The notes beneath the pieces are model-generated. The model saw only the letters and a program-made list of their open reading frames with translations, had not been told where the DNA came from and ran no database searches. Below are positions 1-16,061 of a DNA stretch of 64,000 nucleotides, piece by piece. The DNA lies in the NCBI RefSeq assembly GCF_009914755.1, contig NC_060940.1; one strand, given 5' to 3'. A program made the translations under genes and the position numbers. Positions within the stretch are counted from its first letter, which is position 1. Every line of letters begins with the position of its first letter. Source of the stretch: the human T2T-CHM13v2.0 reference genome, Homo sapiens.

Positions 1-129
1 TTAGTTTAAGCACGGTATATTTATGTGAGGCCGCTAATAGAATATTTGGGAACATGGATTTACTTTGAGTATGCACCAGCCTGTGTGGGGACATGAGCTC
101 CAGAAGCTACATTAGGAATATAATGCGGT

Positions 130-440
130 GATAACAACAAGCTTAAACATGCATTATACCATTTAATCCACACAATTTCCCCACAAGGAGGGTGCATTTC
201 AAAATGTATATATTTCCATGGCATAGTCTTGAATCCCCACTGCCTGTTTTAGCTGTGACGCAAACTTAGGACCCTGTGACTCCTGTTTTCTCCTAAGTAA
301 AGTATGTATATTAATAGTAACTGTCAGAGTAGTGGTAAGGATGGAATAAATGTATATGTGTTAAATATATGTAAATTACCTAGCAATCTGACAAATAGTA
401 GGAATTCAACATTTATTGAGTGAATAAAATAATGAATGAA
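130..440. mobile_element. MIR/L2 fragments (old SINE/LINE)
   Basis: MIR core-like text (tcttgaatccccactgcc...gttttctcctaagtaaag) ending in an L2-like tgaatgaatgaa tail. Confidence 0.5.
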
Positions 441-444
441 TGAA

Positions 445-447
<3 letters not shown>

Positions 448-474
<27 letters not shown>
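448..474. repeat. (GT)n microsatellite
   Basis: Pure GT run seen directly. Confidence 0.98.
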
Positions 475-475
<1 letters not shown>

Positions 476-569
476 ATCTTGTAGATGTAAGTGAGAGCTC
501 CTGTGAGCCTATTGAAACACAGCAGACATGAATTGGGGATCAATTTGTGCACCAGGCAGTCAGAAGTCC

Positions 570-730
570 TGGCCTGGTGCAGGTGCCAGTTCCAAGCCTG
601 GCTCAGTCTATATCTATACGAGATGATGCTAACCTCTATGAACCTCATTTCTTCATCTGAAAAATGAAGATATCAATCTGTGCTGTGATCTCTGTTTGAA
701 TTATTTCAAGGATTGAGTGACATGGCTGCA
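570..730 (+). mobile_element. MIR
   Basis: aacctctatgaacctcatttcttcatctgaaaaatgaag resembles the MIR core. Confidence 0.7.
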
Positions 731-1559
731 ATTTCTCTAATTTCCATACCACCACAACCTTAATAAAGTGAATAGAATTCTCATGAACATTATTATTAAT
801 GTAGTTGCGATTTTTAAGAAACATTGCATTTGACTGCATTATTTTACCAAAGCTTTAGCTTACCAGTTTAGATATTGTTCCCTCTTTGTTCATAAACTGT
901 TATTAAGACTCTCTATGTTCACCATGAATAATGGCCCCACCCATAGAGAAGTGAAAACACATTTGTTTTACTCAGAAAACTCTGAGTCATACACTGTGAG
1001 GTTGTGTATTGTGTATAAACTATTATTTTCCATTTCTACAGCACCAGTCTCTTCTGTTGATATTTCTAACCACATCTGTAGATATCATTTTTAAGGTCTT
1101 TAGGACTGACACACAATGGGACCTTTTCAAGAAAAGACACCTCTTGCCTACAATTTCTTCTTCTTGTTTGTTGGGAGCTTCAAGTGTTGACATCTGAGAG
1201 CTGAAACATGCACTTAGGGAGGTTGTGACTATGCCTTTCAATCTTGCTCATGAGAATGTAAAGGTAGATGGCATAAATCTCTGGTATCTGAATTGTATTT
1301 CATAGCATCTGTACTTTGTCAACTGCAAACAAGATGAGGTGGAGAAAAATGCCAGCATTTGAAAGAAAGAAGAAACCTATTCATTTCAGGGTTTTAAAAT
1401 TAATAGATTTTGGACATGGGGCAAATAATTTCTTCTCACTGGGCATTGATATTATCATTTGTTCAGTATAATATTGGAAAGACCCATAAAAATTGCCAGG
1501 TTTATAACCTAATAATCTGTGCCTATGATTCTAGTTCATTGCAGTGGGAAACCTGTTGA

Positions 1560-1770
1560 TGTATGAATAAAAACCTGAACAATGTAGTCTGCTGGATTAG
1601 CGCACCAATCCCAAATTTGCCACTTTCTAGTTGTAAAATTTAGAATATGATGCCACATTTATCTGCAGATTAAAACGTTGCGGCTTTAAGTGGAGACAAT
1701 TTACCCATCTCACACGACTTTTCAGAGGATTAAATGAAAAATAATATGTCAAATGAATAGCACAGGAATC
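1560..1770 (+). mobile_element. MIR
   Basis: MIR-like aatcccaaatttgccactttctagttgt...gaggattaaatgaaaaataatatgt. Confidence 0.6.
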
Positions 1771-1774
1771 TGGC

Positions 1775-3430
1775 AGGATGGCAGACTAAGTTAACCTAAA
1801 TCACTCCAGAAATAAATCTTTAGCCATGGTAGATGATATGTAACAACAATAAAAAATATGAATGCATAGCTGAGTTCAATAGGAAATTAAATCCTCAGGA
1901 GGTAAGAAGTAAAAACGGAACTTGAAGAAATGTATTACCCTCATGAATTAGCATTACAGCTACCCTTGGAGTGGGCTATCAATATGAAAAATAAAAAGGA
2001 AAAGAAAAGAAAAAGACAATGTCTTGAGCTGGAAAGTTTGAAGAAATTGTAACTAAACCTTTATACATAACATTGAAATCATTCAATTGCTTTATTAGTG
2101 AAAGGAAAAATTCCACCTAACGTAGAGAAAGATGGCAAGGCACCTCATCTGTTTCTATTGGGCTCTAGGAAAACACACATGCAGAAGCATACACACACAA
2201 ACCTCATGTCAGAAACAGAGTAGCCCATCTTTCACACAGGCTGTGTACTACTCATAGATTCTGGGATGCAGAAGTTAAGAAATTATCATAAAGCTTGGTC
2301 TTGGGCTGGTGATAATTTTAGGATGCCTGACAAAGCACAAGTAAACTTCACTTGAAGTTCACTCCTGCAAACAAAGTTGGGTTGTTCCCATTAAAAAAAA
2401 AAAAAAAGCCCTGTGTCTCTGAGCACACCATCTCCCATTGCAAAACAAATGAGATAACCATCTGCCAGCAATGAGAATAAATGGAAATAGCATGTCGGAG
2501 AATTAGAATCTCAAGAATATCACATAATAGAACTATCCTTAACATAAAAGTTTATCAAATAGTATGTATAACTTAAATTTAGGAATAAAAATCATAGAAT
2601 ATGGAAAATGATTCTACCAAAGAAAGAGACAAATAAGCTATTGAAAGTAAAGATTAAATGCACAAAAATAAATCACAGAACAGGCCCAGCTGAACAGAAC
2701 AATAGTAAAGCAGGATATATATTCAAGTAAATTATACTCAATATGTCACAGTGAAATAAAAGGAAAAGAAGATTAAAAGTATTGTTAAAAGAAATAGAGG
2801 AGAGAATGAAAGCGTACAGCATTACAAGTAAAATGGAATTCCATAATGGGTGAATAGAGAGAATGGTATAAAAGGAATTATCCAAATATAATAGCTCACA
2901 ATTTTCAGTAATAATGAAATATATGAATCTTCAGGTGTAGAATCACTGTAGATCCCAGTCAGAATTAAAAAAAAAATCACAAGGCATATCATAGTAAAAC
3001 TACAAGATATCAGAGATAAGGGGAATATATATCCTTTCTTTCTGGTTGCTTTTAAGATTACCTGAGAAAAATGTTCAACAATTATAAATAACAGTTGTCT
3101 TCTCAATAAAGAAACATAACAGACTGTTACTTTCAGAGTTAACAGCAAAACTAACCACCTACATGAAATTCTTTACCCAGGTAAACTATTATGCAAGGGT
3201 GACATATTTTTTAGGCAGTGAATGAAAAGTTTAACATTCATATATCTTTGTTGAAGGAAATACTAAAAGGGTTACTTCAGGAAAATGAAAAGAAAACCTA
3301 GAGGTAATACTTGTAATATGAGAATCAATAAGAACTAACAAAAAGTCCCAGCAAAATGTTATCATCTATTACACTTGTCAATAGGTACATGGAATTTTCA
3401 TGTTATTTTTGTTCCATATTTATTTAAAAA
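1775..3430 (+). mobile_element. Ancient L1M/HAL1-type 5' region and ORF1 remnant
   Basis: A-rich + strand with degenerate ORF1 motifs (aaggcatatcatagtaaaactacaagatatcagagataag; aattctttacccaggtaaactatt); many stops. Confidence 0.65.
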
Positions 3431-3914
3431 TAAATTATGAAACATATAAAAATGTAAACTACTTTCTCATCCAGATATTTTCACAGATATTAACAGTAAG
3501 TTATATTCTAACCTCATATTCATCCATTAAGAATATAAAACGTGTTCATAAATTCTAGATACATTAAGTTTGTTTGGATGGAGCCACATGGAGATGTGGG
3601 TAATAAAATATGCTTATTGAAGTTGACCAAAACATATGTCAGAAAGCAAAATATATGAAGAGATGTTTAGAGACGATGAAATAAAATACACAATCAGATT
3701 TGTGTAGCTTTGTGGAACAGCCATTGGCAAAAGTCCGAAAACGTAAAGAGCTTATTCAGGATTGTGTTTTTCAGACAAAACTACAGGAAGTACTTAACAA
3801 TGATATTTGGACATGAGATCTAGCTGACTGACCTTAGAGAGCCAGAATTAGAAGGTATAAATAAAGTTTTTGTTTCTTGCTTAACTCTTCAGAGCTTATG
3901 CCATTTATTAACAA

Positions 3915-4700
<786 letters not shown>

Positions 4701-5045
4701 ACTGAGGCAACTCAAAACTTTTCAGCACCTTGTTAGCTTACGGAAATAGAATTTGATGTTGTAATTTTTCTTCCCCACATGAAGTTTGCAACTATGGTAA
4801 TCTTGGTAGTCAATTCACCAAAAGCTTGTTCTATAGGCCCAACCTTACTACAGTGATAATGAGGTCAGGAGGAGAGATGCTATGGAACTCAGGGCTCAAA
4901 GGACAGTTAGACTGAAAATGAGAATTATTTTTAGGAGTGGTTAAAGGACCAGAAGTTGGAATGTTGAGAAAGGAAAAGCATATGAGATTAGAAGTCTGCA
5001 GAACAAATACAGGAATGTATCCCTGATTGTGTCTGATCAAATAAA

Positions 5046-5106
5046 AGCCGAGATCGCGCCACTGCACTCCAGCCTGGACGACAGAGCGAGACTCCGTCTC
5101 AAAAAA
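5046..5106 (+). mobile_element. 5'-truncated young Alu (last ~55 nt of the right arm)
   Basis: agccgagatcgcgccactgcactccagcctggacgacagagcgagactccgtctc plus A6; CpGs intact. Confidence 0.93.
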
Positions 5107-5607
5107 TCTAATTATAGACACTTAATCTTTTACATTAGATATTAGGATGACATAGGACAGGAAATCAAACATGTGCTGCACTTAATCCCCATTGAGACAC
5201 CCAGCAGATATCCATATATATAGCTTTCTTACTCTTTTATCTACATAGGAGATGTATGGCTCCCACAGACTATATAGTCTAAGTGCATGTGAATCACATT
5301 GACACCAAGAAGCTACAGTCTCAGTATCCTGCCCATCTTTTGTATCTCTAGTCATGCATGCCCAGGACCTGCAGGTCAACTCACAGCTCCCCCGTTACAG
5401 ATGTCGTCTAAAACACAAGGGATTCACAATAAACAGTGATGCGTGATTTCACATTTAAAAAGTGAAATGCATGATTCTACATTCATCTTAACTTTGCAGG
5501 TTCCAAGGAAACTATACTGTGAGAAGATAGACCCAAGGTCATTTTTCCATGTACACGTAGGTCGATTCAGGCCTGATGCCTTTCTTTTACTTTTAAAACT
5601 CATACAT

Positions 5608-5938
5608 GGCCAGGCGCGGTGGCTCATGCCTGTAATCCCAGCACTTTGGGAGGCCGAGGCAGGCAGATCACGAGGTCAGGAAATCGAGACCATCCTGGCT
5701 AACACAGTGAAACTCCGTCTCTACTAAAAATACAAAAAAAAAAAAAAAAAAAAAAATTAGCCAAGCATGGTGGCAGGTGCCTGTAGTTCCAGCTACTCAG
5801 GAGGCTGAGGCAGGAGAATGGCATGAACCCGGGAGGCAGAACTTGCAGTGAGCCGAGATTGCACCGCTGCACGCCAGCCTGGGCTACAGAGCGAGACTCG
5901 GTCTCAAAAAAAAACAAAAAAACAAAAAACGAAAAAAA
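5608..5938 (+). mobile_element. AluY with expanded middle A-tract
   Basis: gatcacgaggtcagg, gaccatcctggctaac and gagaatggcatgaacc diagnostics; TSD aaaactcatacat / aaaaccttcatacat. Confidence 0.95.
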
Positions 5939-6042
5939 CCTTCATACATGCATGAGAAAAAAATTACAACACCTGGAATAATGCTTTGTTTATGGTTTAT
6001 TATGTTCAATTATGCATATCTAATTGTATAGAAAACTATTAA

Positions 6043-6400
<358 letters not shown>

Positions 6401-6707
6401 AATCTCTTTCTTGTCATATGCATTTCTAAATTCCAAGGCTGAAAACAGTCTACAATATCTAACAAGAATGGGTAAACATTACTGTATAATCGATCTCCCT
6501 AAGGGCAGTACCTCCTGCCTCTCATTTACACCTCTATTTCTAACACACAGCTAGGTGCTAAGGCCATAGTAGCTGTCTCGTATTTGTTACATAAATGACA
6601 TATGAATATATCACTTCATGCTCCTTGAATCTGTGTGGGGGCAAAAGATCAAATGAGGTAATAATCCCAGGGAAAACAGCTAGTCTAAGACCTGGCAGGT
6701 AGTTGAT

Positions 6708-7146
6708 ATATTAGTTATCTAGTGCAGTTGTAACAAAGTACCACACATTTCAGTGGCTTAATAAAACAGAAGCGTATTCTTTCATAGTTTAGGATAAAAG
6801 AAGTTCTATTTCATGGTATCAGAAAGGTTGTTCCTTCCCGAAGTCTTAAGGAGAGAATTTCTTTCATGTCTCTCTCCTGACTTCTACTGGTTACAGGCAG
6901 TTCTTAGGGTACCTTGGCTCGCATAACTCCAATCTCTGCCTCCACAGCCACGTGTGTGCCTGTGTTTCTGTGTCTTCTCCTTTTCTTATAAGGACACCAG
7001 TCATATTGGATTAAAGTCCCATCCTATTCCAGTGTGACCTCATATTAACTAACTACATCTGCAACTGCCTTATTTCTAAATAAGGTAACATGCTAAGGTT
7101 CTTGGAAGGACATGAACTTTGGAGAAATATTATTTGACCCAGTGGA
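6708..7146 (-). mobile_element. MLT1B/C MaLR solo LTR
   Basis: attagttatctagtgcagttgtaacaaagtaccacac...cttataaggacaccagtcatattggatta. Confidence 0.85.
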
Positions 7147-7467
7147 GTGGATGATCAACAGTCTTGAAAATAATAGATATCATGCATTCTATGCAACTCT
7201 ACAGAAGAAGCTGAAGTGATAATTCAACATGAATCTTCAGTCTACCTGGGTCTTTGTTCATGACCTCTGGCAGATTTCAGTATTTTCATTTGCCTGGGCC
7301 CCTTCAGGAATAGACTCAGACTTAGTTCTAGCCACAGTCCTACTCTATCAGAGACCAACCAATGTCTTCTCATTTGGTTAAACCTACCAGCCCTAAAGTA
7401 CCACAGAGTAATGCTTGTTATGTTTCTATGTCATGGGAGGAGGAGAGGATGGGAGGGGAAAAAATCA

Positions 7468-7886
<419 letters not shown>

Positions 7887-8793
7887 TCATGTCAGTTTCT
7901 CTCTCTCTCTCTCTCTTTTTCTCTCTCTCTCTGTCTTTCCCTCTCTCCCACAAATATCCATCCCCTTATTTGTGCTTTTTGTCATGGGGAACATTTCTCC
8001 AAATAGCTCCAATGCCCACATCCCTCAATTCACTCAGATATCTGCTCAAATATTACCTCATCGGGTAGGAATACCTCCCATACTACCATACATTTGTATT
8101 GATTTCGCATTCTTTATCTTTTTATTTATATATTAGGTATTATTTATTACTTGTCAGCCCCATAAAAACCCAAATATTCAAATATGCATACATACAAACA
8201 AATATTACATGCAAATATTATGCGTTTAGAGATCTTTCCTTGAAGGTACAGAAATGAATACACAGACTACATCATGGCAAATGTTGTTTTCTAAATTTTT
8301 CTATAAGTTAAATATGGGCTGTATAGTTTGCAAAATAACAACACTGAAACTTGTTTACACACTCATTTGGATATTATAGAATTGTCATGACAGCTATTGT
8401 TTCATTAGACCAACATAATTTCATGGGATATGGGCTCATTTACGTGTTTATTTTAAACACATACTATTGATAAGGGGAATTTGCTTGTGAAATTCATTTA
8501 ATCTGTCTCAGTAATTGTTGGCTATTGTTAATTAAGTGATCATTCTGACTCAATTAGTGGTCAGAGCAGTGTAGACACTCATGCTTGAAACAAGTGTAGG
8601 AAATTCAAAACATAAAATAGATGGGGTTGTGTAATAAGAGTTGTGTGCTGGATAATAAATGCTTAAATGTATTTTTCTCCCCTCCTGACACTGAAGTTTT
8701 AAGATAACTTAGTACAGGTGTACGAGTTTAAAAAATAATTTCAGTCTCCCTCTACCTGTGATTACCTGCCAGGCACTTAAGAAGACAGTGGAG

Positions 8794-9112
<319 letters not shown>

Positions 9113-10278
9113 TCAGCAAGCCCTCAAAGCAAGCAGAGACAGCTGGGATGCAGCATTTAAACTATCTGGGGAGGTGATGCTGTGAAAATAATCAGCCAGG
9201 CCTATCACATTTAAACATAAGAAATATTAATAGCTGAGACAGGCAAGAAAGGAGGGGAACATGATTTTTGACTTTGACACACAATCCTGGTTGCCAATAG
9301 TGTCATGTTTAGATGAAGAAGGCATTTTCCTAGATATAAGAGGAGTGTTATGGAGGGATAGGAGTGATTCCGACTTACCCTCCTTCTCTTGAAGTGCCTT
9401 GTGTGGTTTTGTTCATTGGACATTGGACAAGTCATTTGGCTTTATAAGTACACAAAACAGTGACCATTTATCTAATTTAGACGTGGCAAATGAGGTCTCA
9501 GAGGAAAGCAGTGGGAACTTACTTAAATATTTTAAAAAGAACACACACGCACACAGACACACATCCTTTTTTCATAATTTTCATGCAAGTAATATACCTA
9601 ACTTATGGACTTATGGAATTTCTGTTATTTTCAGAAAAGAGTGGAAGAAAATGTTTCATTGTACAGGCTTTTAATTCAGACAGACCCGTATTTGAATAAT
9701 GGCCCTACTGCTTACTACCTTTGTCATTGGCTCATGTTCTTAAGTCTCTCTGAAGCTTACTTAATCTTCCCAACAACCTCATGGGTTTGGTATTGAGATG
9801 ATTCTTGTTTTACAAATGAATAAATTAAGCTAATTGCATTTAGACTTTAGCACACAGCAGAAAATCAGCAAATTCCAAATTCTCATTTAACATATACTCT
9901 GGAATATATACATAATCATATATATAATTATATATAAATACACAAACATATATAATCAGGTACAGGATTTACAAAGATTAATAAAATAACATTTCTGTCC
10001 TGGAGAAGCTAAAAATCTCTGGGGGAAACAAGTATAGGTAGATGATTTACAAAACGGCAATTGTACTAGACCTAAGAGTACACACAGTGTATTATCCTAA
10101 GTAAGCCTCACGAGCTACACCTTAGAGAATGTGTAGGGTTTGGCCAGATTGAATGCTGTCTTGGGCATTAGCTTATTTTTACAAATCTATTGTTAAAAAC
10201 AAACAAATCTGAGGTTTGGGGGAAAAAAGCGTTAAGAGAAAATAGTCATAAAATAGAACCAGGGGACAGCTTTTTATA

Positions 10279-10514
10279 CGATTAATACACGGGATGGTGC
10301 AAAACGCCAGGGAGGAAAGCTGTAAGGCACCCTACACCCTTAACAAGAAGCCACAGGCAAGCTCTCAGTGCAAATCCTCCAATCCTATTGATCCTGCCTG
10401 AAAAGCAGTGAGGCTGGTCCTGCAACGCAGAAGGTGGCGATCGGCAGCAAGTACACACGGCAGGCACTGCACGCTTCGGGAAACTTAATCATATAACGCT
10501 CTTCATTACTCACG
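10279..10514 (+). promoter_or_regulatory. CpG-retaining element with CTCF-like core GCAGAAGGTGGCGA (10427-10440)
   Basis: 11 CpGs in ~235 bp of unique sequence; motif resembles CCASYAGRKGGCRS. Confidence 0.45.
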
Positions 10515-10979
10515 AAATCACTCTCTGTCAATACTCCAGCTACAGCCTCCCTGACTACTGCTGTTTAAGATCCTGTCAATCTTTTCCTGCGATTTTGCCA
10601 ACCAAATTCACTCAGAGCTATTTACAGGCAGTATTATCTCAGCTGATAACATTACACCATTCGTATGGCACAGAAATAGGAAAACAAAACTCATTCCAGC
10701 CCTTTCGTTCTGGCATTCTCTTTGCAAAAGGAAAAGGGCCCCCTCATGATGAATAGAGCTGGAGTAGAAATGTAATCCTCTGCTATTGCTAAAAGCCAGA
10801 AGAGCTGACTTTATTATTCCAAGGTAAATTTGGGGTTTAGCTGCATAATGACATCCTTGTAGTCCTGATATTTAAAGAGCATCATTATTGACTATCTTGC
10901 TGTGCATCAGGGCCTGTATCTGTTATCATGGATCCTCAGAGCAACCTTGTTTATTCATTATGCTTATTCTGAAATGTAG

Positions 10980-11384
<405 letters not shown>

Positions 11385-11989
11385 TTGCCTGTCGCCGTTG
11401 CCTTTGCAGTTTACAGTGATAAGTATAAAAAGCATATTCAATACATTCTCCAGATGGTCATTATAGATATGTTGATAAAATTTCTACTTTGTTACTGACT
11501 TTCAGAATCAGAGATAAATTGACCAGCCAACAGAATGCCCCAGAAATAGTGATTAATTAACTTTATAGAATTCTTAGAAAATCCTTAGAACATATGAATG
11601 TTCTGCCATACTTAAAGAATAGTTTGAAACTTACAGTATCCACACAATCTATTTTGCTCTTGGATAGGTAAACTGAATTATGACATTCATGCTAGTTCCT
11701 CCAAATACTCAGTTTCAACCATCAGCTCTCTGGAGTGCCTGGTTTGATAATGTGGGCTAGTTAGCTTCTTTTTAATGTACTAAGGCTGCTGTGAAGACAA
11801 GTTCCTAAAAGATTATTTCATTTCCTCAGTTGCAGCACACTTTCCTTCATTTATTCAAAATTCTTAGTAATCTTTTATACCCCACCAACTACACAGATAC
11901 TCAAGGTAGAATCCTGGTCATTGTTATTCTCTCTCACTCCCACAATCCATTTGTTAACATTCGTCATTATTTCTACATTCTTAATAACT

Positions 11990-12365
11990 CTTTTTTATTT
12001 TATTTTATCTTATTATACTTTAAGTTCTACGGTACATATGTACAACGTGCAGGTTTGTTCCATATGTATATATGTGCCATGTTGTTTTGCTGCACCCGTT
12101 AACTCATCATTTACATTAGGTATATCTCCTAATGCTATCCCTCCCCTCTCCCCCAACCCCACAACAGGCCGAGGTGTGTGATGTTTCCTTTCCTGTGTCC
12201 AAGTGTTCTCATTGTTCAATTCCCACCTATGAGTGAGAACATGCAGTGTTTGGTTTTTTGTCCTTGTGATAGTTTGCAGAGAATGATGGTTTCCAGCTTC
12301 ATCCACGTCCCTACAAAGGACATGAACTCATCCTTTTTTATGGCTGCATAATATTCCATGTGTAC
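11990..12365 (-). mobile_element. L1PA (PA4-6-like) 3' end
   Basis: ttattatactttaagttc...cccacctatgagtgagaacatgc...ggacatgaactcatcc. Confidence 0.95.
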
Positions 12366-12950
12366 ATCTATATTCTTCTTGTATTCACCATTCCAGAGAT
12401 TTATTTCTTTTTCTCAGTTTTGCCTGCTTGGACTCTTTAAAGAAATGAGAAACCAACTTTTCTGCTTTCATATTTATCTTCTTCCAACCTACCACCAAAT
12501 TAATTCTTGTGAAATGCATACTTATGTTTGTGCTATCTTGCTTAAAATGACTCAAAGTCATCCTGCTCGTTGCAGGATAAAGTCCAAGCTTCTTAGCAAA
12601 TCAGTGTGGTGATGGTGTTCCACTGACTCTGATTCAGGCTCTTCCTTTGTCACTTCCAAACATGCACACACAACTCCTGGCATGCCTGACACACCTGCAG
12701 CTCCTGAAAGGTCTAATACTCTCCCACCTGAGTCTGTGCCTTTGAACACTGTGCTCCTTCTGCCTGGAAATATCTCTCTTTTGTCCAATGTCTATTTTAA
12801 TGCAATTCCTTTGTTCACAGCAGATCACTCAATTCCTTTTACATGAAGCCTTCCTTTCCTTTAGAATCAGGAGAAGATGCTCCTTTTCCATGTCCTCATT
12901 GCACCATGTATTTATTCAGCCATTCATTCAATCAATAAATATTTTAAGGC

Positions 12951-13117
12951 AGCCAGCTATAGTGGTTCATGCCTGTATTTTCAGCACTTTGGGACACTGA
13001 GGCAGGAGGATCACTTGAGCTCAGGAATTTGAGGCTGCAGTGAGCTGTGTTTGCACCACTGAACTCCAACCTGGGCAACAAAGCAAGATCCTGTCTCAAC
13101 AACGACAACAAAAAGAA
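12951..13117 (+). mobile_element. Free Alu monomer (FRAM/FAM-like)
   Basis: Single ~150-nt arm plus A-rich tail; TSD aaatattttaagg / aaatatttaaagg. Confidence 0.85.
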
Positions 13118-13184
13118 ATATTTAAAGGAAATTCATTATATGCCAATCACCATTCTATATATTGCATTGGTGGTTTATTTTTGG

Positions 13185-13495
13185 CTTTTTTTTAAAAAAT
13201 AGACCTTCGTTTATAGAACAGTTTTAGACTTACAGCAAAATTCAGCAGAAAGTACAGAGCTCTCATATACCCTCTCCCCTCCACACTGAAGCTTTCCTCA
13301 CCATCAGCATCCCACACCAGAGTGGTACATTTATGGTTATGTACACTATATCTTGATTTTTGAAAAGTTTTTTAAAGGTAATCACCTCAAATAAATGGGG
13401 GTACATTCATACAATGGAATTTTATTCAGCACTAAAAAGAAATGAGATAACAAGCCATGAAAAGTCATGGAGAAACCTTAATGTATATTACTAAA
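13185..13495. mobile_element. L1MB/MC 3' fragments in opposite orientations
   Basis: Minus-strand 3' end (tagaacagttttagacttacagcaaaattcagcagaaagtacagag), then plus-strand tacattcatacaatggaattttattcagcactaaaaagaaatgag. Confidence 0.75.
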
Positions 13496-14400
13496 TGTAT
13501 TGGCATTTTATTGAACAAGAAGATAAATTGCCTACTCTCAAATAGACAAGTAAACACACAGACAAGCTGATAAATAACATGAGAGTTTAAAAAATATCTA
13601 GTGCTTTCAAAGCAATAACACAAAGAAAGGATATAGAATAACTGAGGGAAGAGGCAGAAGTTTGCTTTATCGTAGGTAGCCAGAAACTCCTCTCTGAAGT
13701 ACTGTTGTTATTGAGACCTGAATATGAACAAGAGCCTGTCTTGTTAAGAGCTGAGAAATAGTGTTCCTGATAGAAGGGGCAACAAACGCAAACACCCTGA
13801 TGTAAGAATGAGTTTAACACATTAAGGAAACTAGTGGAAGACCAGCATAGACTCCTGTTGATATGCAACACGCTGTGATACTTTCATAACGTCGAAATGT
13901 ATACTTCAAGCTCCATGAGGCTCTGTTGCGCCTCTAATCCTCATTAGGCAATACAATGCCGGCTTACAATTTATTAGGCACATAATATATTTTTTGAAAA
14001 AAAAATAGAGTGTTTACTTGTTTATTTCCCCTTCCATGGTAATGAGCTTCTTGAGGTCAGGACCCATATTTATATATGTGTCTTTGAGGGCTGTCACCAA
14101 ATTTGACCCAAAGAAGGTACACAGCAAATATGTTTTGAATGAATGGATAAATGAATTAATTAAAGATATAGAAATAATGCGAACATTAAATTGTATTGGC
14201 ACTTATTTTATAATGTTAACTATAAACTAATTTCTAAATGATGTCACATGTCCTTAACCCAGCTTTACATTAGAAGAGAGGAGGAATGAAATGGGAAAGA
14301 GACTAGATGCTGTGCTCATCATCCTTCGTTCCGTTTTCACCTCATTGCCCAAGGACGTGTTCTCCTTCTCTAGGGAGCAGGCTGCCTGTGATTATTTGTA

Positions 14401-14556
14401 CTTCCAGGTGGCACTGCCAAAAGCCTGTGGGAGCTGACTATTTACTGGTTATGGCTAATCCCAGGGTGTTTTTTTTTGTTGTTGTTGCCATTGAGATAAA
14501 TGGTGCAGGCTGAGAATAAGATCATGAATGAAGCAAGCTTTCACCAGGGGGCAAAA
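14401..14556 (+). promoter_or_regulatory. Two co-oriented CTCF-like motifs
   Basis: CTTCCAGGTGGCACTG at 14401 and TCACCAGGGGGCAAAA at 14541, in unique sequence. Confidence 0.35.
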
Positions 14557-15194
14557 GAAAACTTGTGTTGTATATGATCTTTACAAGATCCCCAGAGTCT
14601 ATCTGTGGATTTACTTTAAGAAAAAAAATGGAGTTAGGAATTTGGTGTACACAATTCCAATGTTAAAATTGCTGTTAAATAGGGAAGAGTTATAATCAAT
14701 TAAAGGTGATAAAATTATTAATTTTGAATCACTTGTTTATCTTTCTTCCTTTTCTCCCTTTTCATGTGTTCTTACTCTTGTTCTTACTCTATATATACTC
14801 TCATTTAGTGATAGATCAGGATGAAGACTTTGAGATGTAAATCTTATTTTTCTTCCATTTACCGGTGGAAGTAACAAAACCCAGAGAGTGGAACTGACAT
14901 AATCAAGGTTACATAACAACTAGATGTAATGATGGAATTCATATTTCACTATGTTGCCTCTTGTGCTTTCAAAGGTATTACCTGAAATAAGTTTCTTTAG
15001 CTGTAAAATGAGAATACCTTGTTTAACTTGAAAAATTATTGTAAAGACTTAATTTGATATAACTTTTATTCTCCTGAACTAGAATTCAGAGGGATCAGCA
15101 GCAGAGTGTGCCCTTTATATAATGATGACTTCAACTGTATGGTGGTGAAGAGCCCCTGACTCAAAAATTTCACTGTTTAGCCCTGCATGTATTC

Positions 15195-15915
<721 letters not shown>

Positions 15916-16018
15916 GAAAATCTGCTTTTGAATGGCAGTCCTGATCATGTGCTGCTGTTGAAAGTTCTATCCACTCACTTTCCAGGACATCAATTCCTTG
16001 ATGCTACCATCTTCTCGA

Positions 16019-16020
<2 letters not shown>

Positions 16021-16059
<39 letters not shown>
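16021..16059. repeat. (AC)n microsatellite
   Basis: Pure AC run. Confidence 0.98.

Positions 16060-16061
<2 letters not shown>

Larger units (their letters stand above)
12545..13870. mobile_element. L2 fragments interrupted by an Alu monomer and L1MC pieces
   Basis: caggataaagtccaagcttcttagc, cattcattcaatcaataaatat and ttgagacctgaatatga are L2-like. Confidence 0.6.
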
